Of a stretch of 64,000 nucleotides of DNA, positions 41,588 through 52,397 are shown in pieces; within the stretch, counting starts at the first letter, position 1, and each line of letters starts with the position of its first letter. Made by a program: the position numbers and the translations under genes. Under the pieces are notes generated by a model. That model had not been told where the DNA came from. It made no database searches and worked only from the letters and a program-made list of their open reading frames with translations. Source of the stretch: Spirochaetota bacterium (GTDB lineage Bacteria; Spirochaetota; UBA6919; CBDBPB01); assembly GCA_965208615.1 (NCBI GenBank), contig CBDBPB010000009.1, positions 1 through 64,000 of the forward strand. The letters are read 5' to 3'.

Positions 41588-42535
41588 ATGAAAATAGGAA
41601 AACTTAATATTAAAAATCCAATAATATTGGCTCCGATGGCTGGTCTATCAGACCATCCCTTTAGAACTATATGCTATGATATGGGCTGTGAGCTGGCTTA
41701 TAGTGAAATGATAAGTTCTGAAGGACTCGTAAGAAAAGATAAAAAAACTCTAAGATATTTGTACAAAGAAAAATACCTTAATAAGCTTATATCCTTCCAA
41801 ATATTCGGCTCTAAACCAGATATTATGGCAGAATCGGCTGATATCTTGGTTAGTAAAGGTGCCGATATTGTAGACATCAATATGGGATGCCCTGTAAAAA
41901 AAGTCGTTAGGAATAATGCTGGTTCTGCACTCTTAGGAGATATTCCACTTATAAAAAAAATCGTTAGCTCCGTAAGAAAACGAATAAATATACCCCTTAC
42001 AGTCAAAATAAGATCGGGATGGCTAAATAATGTAAATGCCGTTGAAGTCGGACAAGCTCTAGAGGACTGTGGGGTAAACGCTATTATAGTACATCCAAGA
42101 ACGCAAAAACAAGGATTCTCAGGTAAAGCAGATTGGAACATTATTAAAGAAGTTAAAAAAAAAGTTAGCATTCCCGTAATAGGCAATGGAGACATTAAAT
42201 CCATAAACGACTACAAAAATATGACTAAACAAACTAATTGCGATGCTATAATGGTAGGTCGTGGGGCTATAGGTAATCCCTGGATATTCAGTCATAATAA
42301 TAGTCCATCACATAATGAGCTAGAAAGTGTAATTATAAGACATTATAATCTGGCAAAAAACTTTTATGGAGAAAAATATTGCATTAAACTAATGAGAAAA
42401 TATATTTCACAATATACTAAAGGCCTGTATAAAGCAGGTATCCTTAGAAGGGAGCTAAATGAAATAGATATTTTTGACGATACTATTTTAAGGATAAACA
42501 AATATTTTTCTTTTTTGAAATTCAATTATCAATAA
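41588..42535 (+). CDS. dusB: tRNA dihydrouridine synthase B
   Basis: LAPMAG, DINMGCP, VKIRSGW, GNGDI and GRGAIGNPW motifs. Confidence 0.93.
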   Translation: MKIGKLNIKNPIILAPMAGLSDHPFRTICYDMGCELAYSEMISSEGLVRKDKKTLRYLYKEKYLNKLISFQIFGSKPDIMAESADILVSKGADIVDINMGCPVKKVVRNNAGSALLGDIPLIKKIVSSVRKRINIPLTVKIRSGWLNNVNAVEVGQALEDCGVNAIIVHPRTQKQGFSGKADWNIIKEVKKKVSIPVIGNGDIKSINDYKNMTKQTNCDAIMVGRGAIGNPWIFSHNNSPSHNELESVIIRHYNLAKNFYGEKYCIKLMRKYISQYTKGLYKAGILRRELNEIDIFDDTILRINKYFSFLKFNYQ

Positions 42536-42675
42536 ATACAGTTAGATGTACGAGGCTAAATGTTAAGTTAAACGTATTTTTTTGTAAACCATCGACTAAA
42601 AAAACTTGACTTTTTAAAAGTACTAATCTAATTTTGTTATTATTGATTAATAATATTAAATATGGAGGATCATCT

Positions 42676-43242
42676 ATGAGTGTTAATGTTGATGAAAACA
42701 TAAAAGAGCTAATCAAGCAAGAAGTTGCTTCCCAAATGGAAGAAATTAAAGCTAAACTGCCAGAAGATAAAGTTGCCATAGTAGCGTTTTCTGGAGACTT
42801 TGATAAAGCAATAGCGGCTTTAATATTAGCTACTGGTGCGGCCGCTATGGGTATGAAGGTTACTGTATTTTTTACCTTTTGGGGCTTTAGTATAATAAAA
42901 ACCGGAAAGAATGCATTTAACGGTAATAAAAACTTTATGCAAAAAATGGTTAATTTAATGATCCCCGGGTCAACTAAAGGATTAACCCCATCCAAAATGA
43001 CTTTTGGTGCTTTTGGTGCTGTTACCGCATCTTTGTTTAGATCAATGATGAAGGGTAAAATGAACTCGGTAGAAGAATTACTTGAAATGGCTAAAGAACT
43101 CGAAGTTGAAATGATTGCTTGTAGCGCATCTATGGAAGTTATGGGAATCGCTCATGAAGACCTAATAGATGGTGTAGAACTAGGGGGAGTTGCTAAGCTT
43201 TATGAAGTCGCTTTAAACTCTAGATCAACCTTTTTTATATAA
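42676..43242 (+). CDS. DsrE/DsrF/DrsH-like (DsrE2) family protein
   Basis: GGAGG RBS before ATG 42676; FSGDFDKA, VTVFFTFWG and IACSASMEVMG motifs. Confidence 0.88.
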   Translation: MSVNVDENIKELIKQEVASQMEEIKAKLPEDKVAIVAFSGDFDKAIAALILATGAAAMGMKVTVFFTFWGFSIIKTGKNAFNGNKNFMQKMVNLMIPGSTKGLTPSKMTFGAFGAVTASLFRSMMKGKMNSVEELLEMAKELEVEMIACSASMEVMGIAHEDLIDGVELGGVAKLYEVALNSRSTFFI

Positions 43243-43385
43243 TGCTATTGCTCTAACGTTTATAAACAGTATATAGTTAATAGTTTTTTTTCATTGCTTT
43301 TGACAAAAGACAATTTTAATCTTTATTTATTACTAGTATAAAGGTATAACTCTATATATTATAAAAAGATATAGAAAATACTGTT

Positions 43386-43814
43386 ATGAAAAAAAAGATT
43401 GTTTTTATTATCATAATTATTTTATGCTCTAAAGTTGTGGCTGAAGAAAAACAAACGGAATTAAAAAATATTGTTGGTAAGTGGAATATTACTAAAATCA
43501 AAAAGATTAGTAAGTTATATAAGGAGTCCGTTAGCGTTGGAAGATATTACTTCTTCGAAAATGGAAAGTATTTTTTTTATCATAAAAAAAATACTAAACC
43601 AAAAATAAAAGGAAAATGGACCCTTATATCTAATCAATATATAAAAATGGTTTACTGGCAAAATAAAACTCCAAACTCCATAATCTATGGTATCTCTTTT
43701 CCCTCCAAGGATAAAATCATATTAACTAACGAGAAGTCAAAAGAAATCCTAATTAGACTAAAAAATGTACCAAAAACTATTAAAAAATATGTATTCCCTC
43801 AAAAAGCTAAATAA
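43386..43814 (+). CDS. Exported lipocalin-like hypothetical protein
   Basis: Signal peptide; IVGKW and GKW motifs. Confidence 0.55.
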   Translation: MKKKIVFIIIIILCSKVVAEEKQTELKNIVGKWNITKIKKISKLYKESVSVGRYYFFENGKYFFYHKKNTKPKIKGKWTLISNQYIKMVYWQNKTPNSIIYGISFPSKDKIILTNEKSKEILIRLKNVPKTIKKYVFPQKAK

Positions 43815-43971
43815 TCCATAAGGAGCTGTCTAACTATAGCATACAAGTAAAACTACTATTGTATTCCTTTATTTATGGTATATTTATCCAAACTTTTAAA
43901 ATGATAAAATTTGTCATTTTGAAATTCGTCCTTATATTTTAAGCGATTAGCTTTTTAAAAGTAGGATTATA

Positions 43972-45255
43972 ATGTTCAGGCATAAAAAAATAATAATAGC
44001 CTTATTCTTTATAATCGGCTCAATTATTAGCTATAGCAATTATAGAAAGCATAAAATAACCTCAAAGACTGCATATAGCGTTTTTGGAAAATGGATACGC
44101 AGTCAAAAAGTCTTCGAAGATATAAACTTCTCTCTATGGACAGGCCTAGTCAACGATCAATATATTAAACATTTTAGAAATACTATTCCAAAAGATATTT
44201 ACAAACAATTGGAGTTTACTCATTTTCCCTTTAGCACTCCCCATGGCAACCTTAGAGAAAATAAAGAAAAAATATTTATAAAAAAAATAAGCACCCTAAT
44301 CGAAGAACTTAATAAAAACTTTCCCGAATTTGTAAAAACCCTTATCAATAGTAGCTTCGTAAATAGTACCGCCTATAACAAATACAAAAATCTAACTAAC
44401 TCTAAAATTAGGGAAAAATATAAAATATTCCTAAAAGCCCTATTCTACCACAAAAATGAACAGATCCAAAAAAAAGCTTTGTTTACTCTTGCAAATAAAC
44501 TATTTGAACATGCCTATAATCCCAAAACCTCTACTAGCTTTATAAAACTCGCCTCTAATAAAAAATATAGACCTATAATACACCTCTTCCACGAGGGAAT
44601 ATGGTATAACCTCTCAAGAACAGGTTGGAAGACATGGCATGAAAATACCATCAAAAACCTTAATAAATTAAATAAAAATGAAATAGTCTATGTTGCTGGT
44701 GGAACAGATATTTATCAGCTAATCAATAATGGAATATATAATATTAGAATTATCGATCCTATGCTACCCTCTCAAAGTATATACTACTCAGAAGGATGGG
44801 AATACCTAATAAGGGGCAGTATTGGGGATAGAATTACATTTAATAACAAAAATAAGATTATTATGACTAGAAGCTCGTTTAAGAAAATTGGCAAACCTAT
44901 TAATATTAAACTGTCTTCCAAAAAGAACTTCAACCTAACTAAAAGTATAACTATATGGAATATTAAAAATAAAAATGGACATAAACTAGGAAGGTTTATC
45001 TTAGAACGTAGACTAGTAAAACAAAAAGACTTTAATCCTAATGATAAACAAACTTTTTTAATGTCCTTTAATGAACTAAATTTTATAACCACACTAGAAA
45101 AAAATAATTGGGGTATAAAACCAAAACTATTTTCACCCTCTATAAAAATATATGTGAAACAACTTCGTAATCCAATTACTTATGAGATGCTTAACAATAT
45201 CCAAGCTCTACAAAGAGTTTATAAACCTTTTATCTTTGGATCAGCCATAAATTAA
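43972..45255 (+). CDS. Hypothetical protein with N-terminal TM/signal and a Rossmann-like motif
   Basis: 427-aa ORF with AGGA RBS; IVYVAGGTD...IRIIDP. Confidence 0.6.
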   Translation: MFRHKKIIIALFFIIGSIISYSNYRKHKITSKTAYSVFGKWIRSQKVFEDINFSLWTGLVNDQYIKHFRNTIPKDIYKQLEFTHFPFSTPHGNLRENKEKIFIKKISTLIEELNKNFPEFVKTLINSSFVNSTAYNKYKNLTNSKIREKYKIFLKALFYHKNEQIQKKALFTLANKLFEHAYNPKTSTSFIKLASNKKYRPIIHLFHEGIWYNLSRTGWKTWHENTIKNLNKLNKNEIVYVAGGTDIYQLINNGIYNIRIIDPMLPSQSIYYSEGWEYLIRGSIGDRITFNNKNKIIMTRSSFKKIGKPINIKLSSKKNFNLTKSITIWNIKNKNGHKLGRFILERRLVKQKDFNPNDKQTFLMSFNELNFITTLEKNNWGIKPKLFSPSIKIYVKQLRNPITYEMLNNIQALQRVYKPFIFGSAIN

Positions 45256-46179
45256 TCATCTGTTCTCGTTAAGCTCTTTTAATAACTCATTAATGTCAAC
45301 ATTATGGATCCTCGCAGACTGATCTATAGTCTCAGTACTCTGACCAGGACAAGTAAAACAACCCATACCGTAATACTTCATAAAAACAGGCTTTGTATTA
45401 GGATATTTATCCAATACATCCCCAATTATATTACTTTTTATGATCTCTTGTTTGCTATCCACAGTCTTACTGCTTTTAATATCATGGTCTAAACTATTAA
45501 TATGCTCTTCCAACTTGGATATTACTAAATCAATATCCCCCCCATGATTTGTTACAGCACTTTTTAGATCTATTCCACGTTCTTTTACGAGCTTAACATG
45601 TTCTGTACTTGCTAATGCCCTTAGTCCACCATAGTTTATAAGAATATCAATAGTTGTTGGATGCTTTTCTATAATGTCTATTACCTTTGTATTAGGGCTA
45701 ATTATACCTTCATCAATAGGTTTTACGTCAGATACAGGCTTTGAGCTTTTTATTGTGCTATCTTCCTTATCCGATTTTCTTAAGGTAATAGTTAAAAACA
45801 TATTAATACAAAACATCAAAACCGCTACTGAAGAAGTAAAAGCTCCCAATATAAATATCTCTCCACCAAATTGATAAGTCATTTTACTATAATGCCCCCC
45901 AGCCATTAGTACAACTCCCACATTAGTCAACCAATAGTGTGGTGCTATCCAGCCAGGAAAGTATATATTTGTTGAGTTAAATCTTGGAATTATAAAATAA
46001 CCAATTCCAGCCACAATCATAGTCATAAACCCAAGTAAATTAAAATGACTATGAAAAAATGATGGAATAAAACTATCAATGCCATTTATTATATATAGCC
46101 CTTTAATAAATCCAATTATAACTCCAATAGCTAAATATATTAGCGAAGTTTGTATAAATAAACGCGGGTACTTATCCAT
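45256..46179 (-). CDS. Membrane protein (4 TM, H-x-H-x-N-L-L-G-F) with two DUF1858-like domains
   Basis: HSHFNLLGF; ISPNTKVIDIIEKHP; IGDVLDKYP..VFMKY.GMGCFTCPG..ETI..ARIH. Confidence 0.72.
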   Translation of the reverse strand: MDKYPRLFIQTSLIYLAIGVIIGFIKGLYIINGIDSFIPSFFHSHFNLLGFMTMIVAGIGYFIIPRFNSTNIYFPGWIAPHYWLTNVGVVLMAGGHYSKMTYQFGGEIFILGAFTSSVAVLMFCINMFLTITLRKSDKEDSTIKSSKPVSDVKPIDEGIISPNTKVIDIIEKHPTTIDILINYGGLRALASTEHVKLVKERGIDLKSAVTNHGGDIDLVISKLEEHINSLDHDIKSSKTVDSKQEIIKSNIIGDVLDKYPNTKPVFMKYYGMGCFTCPGQSTETIDQSARIHNVDINELLKELNENR

Positions 46180-46206
46180 TTTGGTCTCCAGCTTAAATAT
46201 TATATA

Positions 46207-46223
46207 TTGACGTTATCTGTCAA
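46207..46223. promoter_or_regulatory. Inverted repeat TTGAC-N7-GTCAA, candidate regulator site
   Basis: 27 nt upstream of the DUF1858 gene; a 16-mer of it recurs at 50370. Confidence 0.5.
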
Positions 46224-46509
46224 CTTAAGGTAACTAATATTCTATAACGCTCTTACAAAAATCCAATAGTATGGTTGGTAACATATAATTTGTTATAGCA
46301 ATGTTAATTGTATATATAGTGTTAGGTTAAATCTAACACCTTGCTATTTATAATAAAAGTTATTATTTTTTTTAATAGCATTCTTTAATAAAAAGTTTTT
46401 CAATGTAAATATAATAATTCAAAACGATAAACCTTATAAAATATTTAATTTAGCTTAAATAGCCTGGCTTATTAAAGTGTCACTTTATAACAAAGGAGAT
46501 AAATAAATA

Positions 46510-46734
46510 ATGGGAAGTCTTGTTGTAGATACAAAAGGTTGGAAATGCCCAAGACCAACTTTAGAAATGACTATAAAAATCCAACAACTAAAAAAAGGAG
46601 ACATTTTAGAGGTAATTGCAGATTGTCCTACCTTTGAAAATGATGTAAAAAGCTGGTGCCAAAGAATGAAAAAATCCCTCTTATGGATTAAAAATGAAAA
46701 TAACGGAGTAATCCGCTGTCAAGTAAAGGTTTAA
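46510..46734 (+). CDS. TusA family sulfurtransferase (second copy)
   Basis: VDTKGWKCPRP, GDILEVIAD and DVKSWC motifs; AAGGAG RBS. Confidence 0.88.
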   Translation: MGSLVVDTKGWKCPRPTLEMTIKIQQLKKGDILEVIADCPTFENDVKSWCQRMKKSLLWIKNENNGVIRCQVKV

Positions 46735-46753
46735 GCTTATCCAATTAATGGTT

Positions 46754-47698
46754 TTAAGTTAATTCCTCATATACTTTCCAGTGATTTCCATTTAAAAAAG
46801 AAATAAAGTCTAATTCCTTTTTTCCTTCTAACTGTAAACTAAGTATACTAATCATCCCCCCCCTACACTGAACATATAAACCATGTTTATCGGCCTTTAT
46901 TATTGTTCCAGGCTTTTTATCAGATGATTTATCAACTATTGCTAATTTATGTATGATTATTTTTTTACCTTTATAGTAAGTAATGCTCTTAGGCCACTTT
47001 ATATACGCTCTAACCTTGTTTAAAATAGTTTTAGCCTCATCGTTCCAATTGATTATCCCATCCACTTTAGTTATCTTCTTGCAAAAGCTAACCTCATTAT
47101 GGTCTTGGGGAACCCTAATTATACGATTATCAATAAATAAACTCAAAACATCCTTTATACATTCAGCAGATATAAGACTAAGACGCTCACTAAGAGAATA
47201 ATAATCATCCTCGTCATAAATAGGAGTTTCAATCTTATGAATAATATCCCCGGCATCAAGCTGTTGAACCATTATCTGTGCAGTAATACCAGTACTTTTA
47301 TCTCCATTTAGTATAGCATAGTGTATTGGAGATGCACCCCTATATTTAGGTAGTATAGATCCGTGAAGATTTACAGAAGCAAGTTTAGCAATACTAAGAA
47401 TATTATTGGGTAAAATAAACCCGTATGCATTTACCACTATAAGATCCGGCTCAAGAAGCTTTATTTGATTTTCTACCCCATGATTACCCTTAAAAGTATT
47501 AGGCTGAAAAACTGGAATATCATGTTTTAGTGCAAAGCTCTTAGGACCAGTAATATTCAATTTTTTACCGCGTCCAGATAGCTTATCTGCTCCTGTAAAG
47601 ATTCCCAAGAGTTCACTATTTTCATATAATGCCTTAATAGTATGCATTACATAATTTGGAGTTCCCATAAAAATAGTTTTTAACTTCATACTATACAA
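46754..47698 (-). CDS. fmt: Methionyl-tRNA formyltransferase
   Basis: IFMGTP, NLHGSILPKYRGASPI and LDAGDI motifs. Confidence 0.96.
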   Translation of the reverse strand: MYSMKLKTIFMGTPNYVMHTIKALYENSELLGIFTGADKLSGRGKKLNITGPKSFALKHDIPVFQPNTFKGNHGVENQIKLLEPDLIVVNAYGFILPNNILSIAKLASVNLHGSILPKYRGASPIHYAILNGDKSTGITAQIMVQQLDAGDIIHKIETPIYDEDDYYSLSERLSLISAECIKDVLSLFIDNRIIRVPQDHNEVSFCKKITKVDGIINWNDEAKTILNKVRAYIKWPKSITYYKGKKIIIHKLAIVDKSSDKKPGTIIKADKHGLYVQCRGGMISILSLQLEGKKELDFISFLNGNHWKVYEELT

Positions 47699-48203
47699 TG
47701 GCGGTACTATACTTTCTTTTAATCTTCTTAAGTTCTTTTTTTAGTCTCTTTTTGTCAACATCACTAATCCTATCAACAAATAGTATTCCATTTAGATGAT
47801 CAACTTCATGCTGTATCGCTCTAGCTAAAAGTTCATCAGCCTTAAAAGAAATATCCTTGCCATAAGGAGTTTTAGCACTTACATGCACACTATAAGCCCT
47901 CTTTACATCCGCAGATATACCCGGAATAGATAAACAACCTTCCTCAGCTATACTAGTCTCATCAGAATAGTCTGTTATAACAGGATTAACGAGATCATAT
48001 CGCTTTAGCTTATTATTTTCTTCTACCTCTATAACTACCACCCTAACCAGCTTATCTATTTGTGAAGCGGCTAATCCAATACCATTTGCCCTAACCATAA
48101 TATCATACATCTGATTAATAAGGCTTATTAAATCATCATTAAAGTCGGTAACGTCTTTAGCTACTTCTTTTAATCTTAAATTTCCGTATTTTAAAATATC
48201 CAT
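47691..48203 (-). CDS. def: Peptide deformylase
   Basis: GIGLAASQ, EGCLSIP and QHEVDHLNG motifs. Confidence 0.97.
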   Translation of the reverse strand: MDILKYGNLRLKEVAKDVTDFNDDLISLINQMYDIMVRANGIGLAASQIDKLVRVVVIEVEENNKLKRYDLVNPVITDYSDETSIAEEGCLSIPGISADVKRAYSVHVSAKTPYGKDISFKADELLARAIQHEVDHLNGILFVDRISDVDKKRLKKELKKIKRKYSTAIV

Positions 48204-48270
48204 TAATAACCTCTATGTTGGTGTATACTTTATTATCGACATTTAAATACAAGTTTATTGTTTAAAATTA

Positions 48271-50277
48271 TCACATCATAGACAAAGGGTCAATATCTAT
48301 TTCCAAATAAATAGAACTTATCTGCTTGAAAAACTCATTAGCCTTTTTAGAAATATATTGCATATCATTAATTCTATTGCCTTTTAGTATTATCTGCCAG
48401 CGATAATTATTATGAAGCTTACTAAGGGGAGCTGGTGCAGGACCCAATAACTCTATACCTTTTTTTACTATAGAGTTTAGATATTTTAAAAGTTCGTTAG
48501 ATTTATTAATAACGGTTTCTTCATTTTTTCCTCTAATTAACAGCTTTACCAGCCTCGAAAAAGGTGGATATAAAAACTTCTTTCTCTCTGCTATCTCACA
48601 TTTATAAAACTCTTCATAATCCTGCTTCACTGCCAACTTTATAACATAATTATCAGGTAAATAGGTTTGTATAACTGTTTCACCCTGAATCCTACCCCTA
48701 CCTGCTCTACCGCTTATTTGCGTTAATAAAGAAAAAGTTTTTTCTGAAGCTCTAAAATCAGGTAAATTTAAACTGAGGTCTGCCATTATAACCCCAACCA
48801 GAGTCACATTAGGAAAATGGAGTCCTTTAGCAATCATCTGTGTTCCTATTAGTATATCCACTTTCTTTTTTCTAAACTGCTCAAGTAACTTTTCAGATGA
48901 ACCCTTACAACGAGTTGTATCCAAATCCATACGAGCTATATTTGCATTAACAAATATCTCTTTAAGAAGTTCTTCTACTCGTTCTGTACCGTAGCTTATT
49001 AGCGATATTTCTTTTTTATTACAGCTTATACAAGTTTTATACAAACCGGTTGAATAACCGCAATAATGGCATAACATTTGCCTTTTTGACTGGTGATAAG
49101 TTAGAGATATATCGCAACTTGGACACTTAAACGTATAACCGCATGACTTACATATCAAAAAAGGAGAATAGCCTCTTCTGTTTAGGAAAATCATAACCTG
49201 TTCTTTTTTTTCTAATCGTAAGGCTATCTTTTCAATTAGCGATTTACTAATAATAGATGACTCATTACGCATATCAATTAGAGTCACTTTTTGCTTTTGA
49301 TAAACAGAATGCTTTTTTTTAAGATATAGTAACTTAAGTCTATTTTGCCTGCTATGATAAAAACTCTCTATAGAAGGAGTAGCACTACCTAAAACTACTG
49401 GTATTCCTAAGGTTTTACCTATTTTAAATGCAATCTGTCTAACGTGATATCTTGGGGTATCACCAGATTTATAAGTATATTCATGTTCCTCATCGATTAT
49501 TATAATCCCAAGGCGTTCTATGGGCAAAAATATAGAACTCCTTGCACCAAGAATAATATCAACAGTCCCATTATTAATCTGCATCCAGTTGTAATATCGC
49601 TCTTTTTTGTTTAACTTTGAGTGTAGTATTGCAATTCTATCTCTAAACACCTCCTGAAAACGCTTTATTGTTTGAGGGGTTAAAGCTATTTCTGGAACAA
49701 GTATAAGAGCTTGTTTATTTTTATTAACTACTTCCTTAGCAAGATATTTATATACCTCTGTTTTTCCACTAGCCGTAGCACCAAATAGCAAATATGGATA
49801 GAATATATTTTCATTTATAGATTTTCTAACTAATTGAAAGGCGGTATTTTGTTCATCATTCAGAGTTAGAAGGTCTTTTTGCTTTATTTTCGATAAGCTA
49901 AAAGTTTTTTCTTTAACTTCTCTTGGAACAAACAAAGATAGAGCTTCTCCCAAAGAACATAAATAATAGCTAGATACCCATTTTGCAAGGTTTATAGTAG
50001 ACAAGCCAAATATAGCGGAGTTATCACAAAGCTCAGATATTTCTTTCAAGGCGAATATCGGTTCATTACTATGAACCGATATTATATATCCCATTAAACG
50101 CCGTTTACCAAAAGGTACTATCACCCTTTGTCCAGCCATAACCCTGTCAATAAGCTCATCAGGAACCTTATAAGTAAAAGACTGATCCAACGGATTATTA
50201 AATACTACTTCTATAAAGAGTTTATATTGCTTTTTAACATCGATTTTTATTCTATCTAAAATTACGATTCCCTTCAT
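48271..50277 (-). CDS. priA: Primosomal protein N' (replication restart helicase)
   Basis: GATASGKTEVY, DEEHE, Cys-rich region, GTQMIAKG and QISGRAGR motifs. Confidence 0.96.
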   Translation of the reverse strand: MKGIVILDRIKIDVKKQYKLFIEVVFNNPLDQSFTYKVPDELIDRVMAGQRVIVPFGKRRLMGYIISVHSNEPIFALKEISELCDNSAIFGLSTINLAKWVSSYYLCSLGEALSLFVPREVKEKTFSLSKIKQKDLLTLNDEQNTAFQLVRKSINENIFYPYLLFGATASGKTEVYKYLAKEVVNKNKQALILVPEIALTPQTIKRFQEVFRDRIAILHSKLNKKERYYNWMQINNGTVDIILGARSSIFLPIERLGIIIIDEEHEYTYKSGDTPRYHVRQIAFKIGKTLGIPVVLGSATPSIESFYHSRQNRLKLLYLKKKHSVYQKQKVTLIDMRNESSIISKSLIEKIALRLEKKEQVMIFLNRRGYSPFLICKSCGYTFKCPSCDISLTYHQSKRQMLCHYCGYSTGLYKTCISCNKKEISLISYGTERVEELLKEIFVNANIARMDLDTTRCKGSSEKLLEQFRKKKVDILIGTQMIAKGLHFPNVTLVGVIMADLSLNLPDFRASEKTFSLLTQISGRAGRGRIQGETVIQTYLPDNYVIKLAVKQDYEEFYKCEIAERKKFLYPPFSRLVKLLIRGKNEETVINKSNELLKYLNSIVKKGIELLGPAPAPLSKLHNNYRWQIILKGNRINDMQYISKKANEFFKQISSIYLEIDIDPLSMM

Positions 50278-50455
50278 TTACTATAATACTACCCTAATAT
50301 TATTTGTTATATATTATATACGGAGTATTTTAACATTTATCACAAGATTTTTACTTATTAGCAATTAGTTATTGACGTTATCTGTAAGATATTTGAATGT
50401 GTAAATTAAATATGATGTTCTATTAATAAGTTAACACTAATTAATATTTCTTATA

Positions 50456-51658
50456 TTATGGCTTATTAAGTCCTAAAGCTTTGTTAATCTGTCTAACAGC
50501 CTGTCTTATACGATCACTATTTTCCACTAAACTCATTCTTACATACCCCTCACCAGTTTCACCAAAAGCAATCCCAGGGGATACCAAAACTTCAGCCTCT
50601 TCCAAAAGCAACTTAGCAAACTCATAAGACCCCATTTTACAAAACTTATCGGGTATAGGAGACCAAATAAACATTGTAGCACTAGGACTATCTATATTCC
50701 ACCCGCCCTTATTAAGGCCATCAACTAAAATATCACGTCTAGACTGATAAATAGAAGATATATTACTAGAATGCTCTTTCTCACTGCGTAAAGCCATGAT
50801 AGAGGCCACTTGGATAGGTGTGAAAATACCATAATCATAATAACCCTTTATGGTAGCTAAATAATCTATAATCTGAGGATTACCAACACAAAATCCACAA
50901 CGCCAACCAGCCATATTAAATGACTTGCTCATACTAGTAAACTCAACAGATATATCCTTAGCACCTTTTGCCTGCATAAAGCTAGGAGCAGTATATCCAT
51001 CAAAGGTTATATCTGCATAGGCAAAGTCGTGGATAATAAAAATCTCTTTCTTTTTGGCATATTTAACAATCTCTTCAAAAAAATCAAGGTTAACTACTAC
51101 AGTAGTAGGGTTATGTGGAAAGTTAAGATACATTACCTTTGGTTTTGGCCATAAATTCTCAACCACATGAGCCATATCTTTAATAAATACATCCGAATCC
51201 TTAGAAAGAGGAATGGTAATAACATTAGCTCCAGCTAATACAACGCTCCACACGTGAATAGGAAAAGATGGAGATGGTATTAAAGCACTTTCTCCTGGTC
51301 CAAGGAGTGCAAGAGATAAATGAGAAATACCTTCCTTACTGCCAATAGTAGCTATAACCTCCTTAGACGGATCAAGATTAACCCCATATTGCCTTTTATA
51401 CCTATCACTAACCGCCCTAAGTAAATGAGGTATGCCTTTTGATGCAGAATAACGGTGAGTCTTAGGATCATCAATAACATCCTTTAGCTTATCAACAGCA
51501 ATATCAATAGTAGGCTGATCAGGATTACCCATTCCAAAATCTATTACATCCACGCCCTGTTGACGTTTTTTTAGCTTTAGTCTATTAAGTTCTCCAAATA
51601 AATATGGGGGTAAACGCTTAAGACGATTAGACGGTTCAATATCAAATCTTTTAACCAT
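50456..51658 (-). CDS. Class I/II PLP aminotransferase (AlaC / LL-DAP aminotransferase-like)
   Basis: GMGNPD, GSKEGISHL, PHNPT and SMSKSFNMAGWR motifs. Confidence 0.88.
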   Translation of the reverse strand: MVKRFDIEPSNRLKRLPPYLFGELNRLKLKKRQQGVDVIDFGMGNPDQPTIDIAVDKLKDVIDDPKTHRYSASKGIPHLLRAVSDRYKRQYGVNLDPSKEVIATIGSKEGISHLSLALLGPGESALIPSPSFPIHVWSVVLAGANVITIPLSKDSDVFIKDMAHVVENLWPKPKVMYLNFPHNPTTVVVNLDFFEEIVKYAKKKEIFIIHDFAYADITFDGYTAPSFMQAKGAKDISVEFTSMSKSFNMAGWRCGFCVGNPQIIDYLATIKGYYDYGIFTPIQVASIMALRSEKEHSSNISSIYQSRRDILVDGLNKGGWNIDSPSATMFIWSPIPDKFCKMGSYEFAKLLLEEAEVLVSPGIAFGETGEGYVRMSLVENSDRIRQAVRQINKALGLNKP

Positions 51659-51667
51659 AATATTATC

Positions 51668-52222
51668 CTATTTTTCTAATTCAACTTTCTCTAATTCGAC
51701 GTATTTATGAACAAAATGATATAATACTATACCATAGGCAACAGCTAAATTAAGGGATTGTTTTATACCATACATAGGTATTACTATAGCACTATCAGCC
51801 ATGGCTATTACCTCATCATTAACCCCATATACCTCATGACCAAAAATAAGCCCCATAGGAAATGATAAATTAAGACTACGATAGTCTACACTTTTACTTG
51901 TATGCTCCACCACTACTATATTTACTTTGTTAGCCTTTAGCTTTCGTACAGCATCAACAGTATTTTGATAATAAATCCAAGGTACACTTTCTACAGAGCC
52001 AAGAGCTGTTTTATCTATTTCTTTTCGCGGAGGATGAGCAGTCATACCACAAAGAATAAGCTGTTCTATACGAGAGGCATCCGATGTTCTAAACACCGAT
52101 CCAACATTATACATACTTCTTATGTTATCCAAAATCCCATATATAGGAAAACGTCTTTTTGCTTTTAGCTTTTCAATAGTAGGACAACTAGATTTAATCT
52201 CCTCATAGGTCAACTTCTTCAT
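51668..52222 (-). CDS. SpoU/TrmH family RNA methyltransferase
   Basis: NIRSMYNVGSVFRTSD, FGHEVYG and IPMYGIKQSLNL motifs. Confidence 0.9.
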   Translation of the reverse strand: MKKLTYEEIKSSCPTIEKLKAKRRFPIYGILDNIRSMYNVGSVFRTSDASRIEQLILCGMTAHPPRKEIDKTALGSVESVPWIYYQNTVDAVRKLKANKVNIVVVEHTSKSVDYRSLNLSFPMGLIFGHEVYGVNDEVIAMADSAIVIPMYGIKQSLNLAVAYGIVLYHFVHKYVELEKVELEK

Positions 52223-52397
52223 AGTAATACCAATTATTTTACATATATAAAATAAGTCAAATCAGTAAATAATAATAGTAAGACAATTGCCTTTTGTCAA
52301 TGGGAAGGTTAGTATCTTTTTCTACTACATTATGTAAAATATTTTATCTTTATTATATTAATTATATTAAACTAAGCTATGATAAACAATATAGAAT

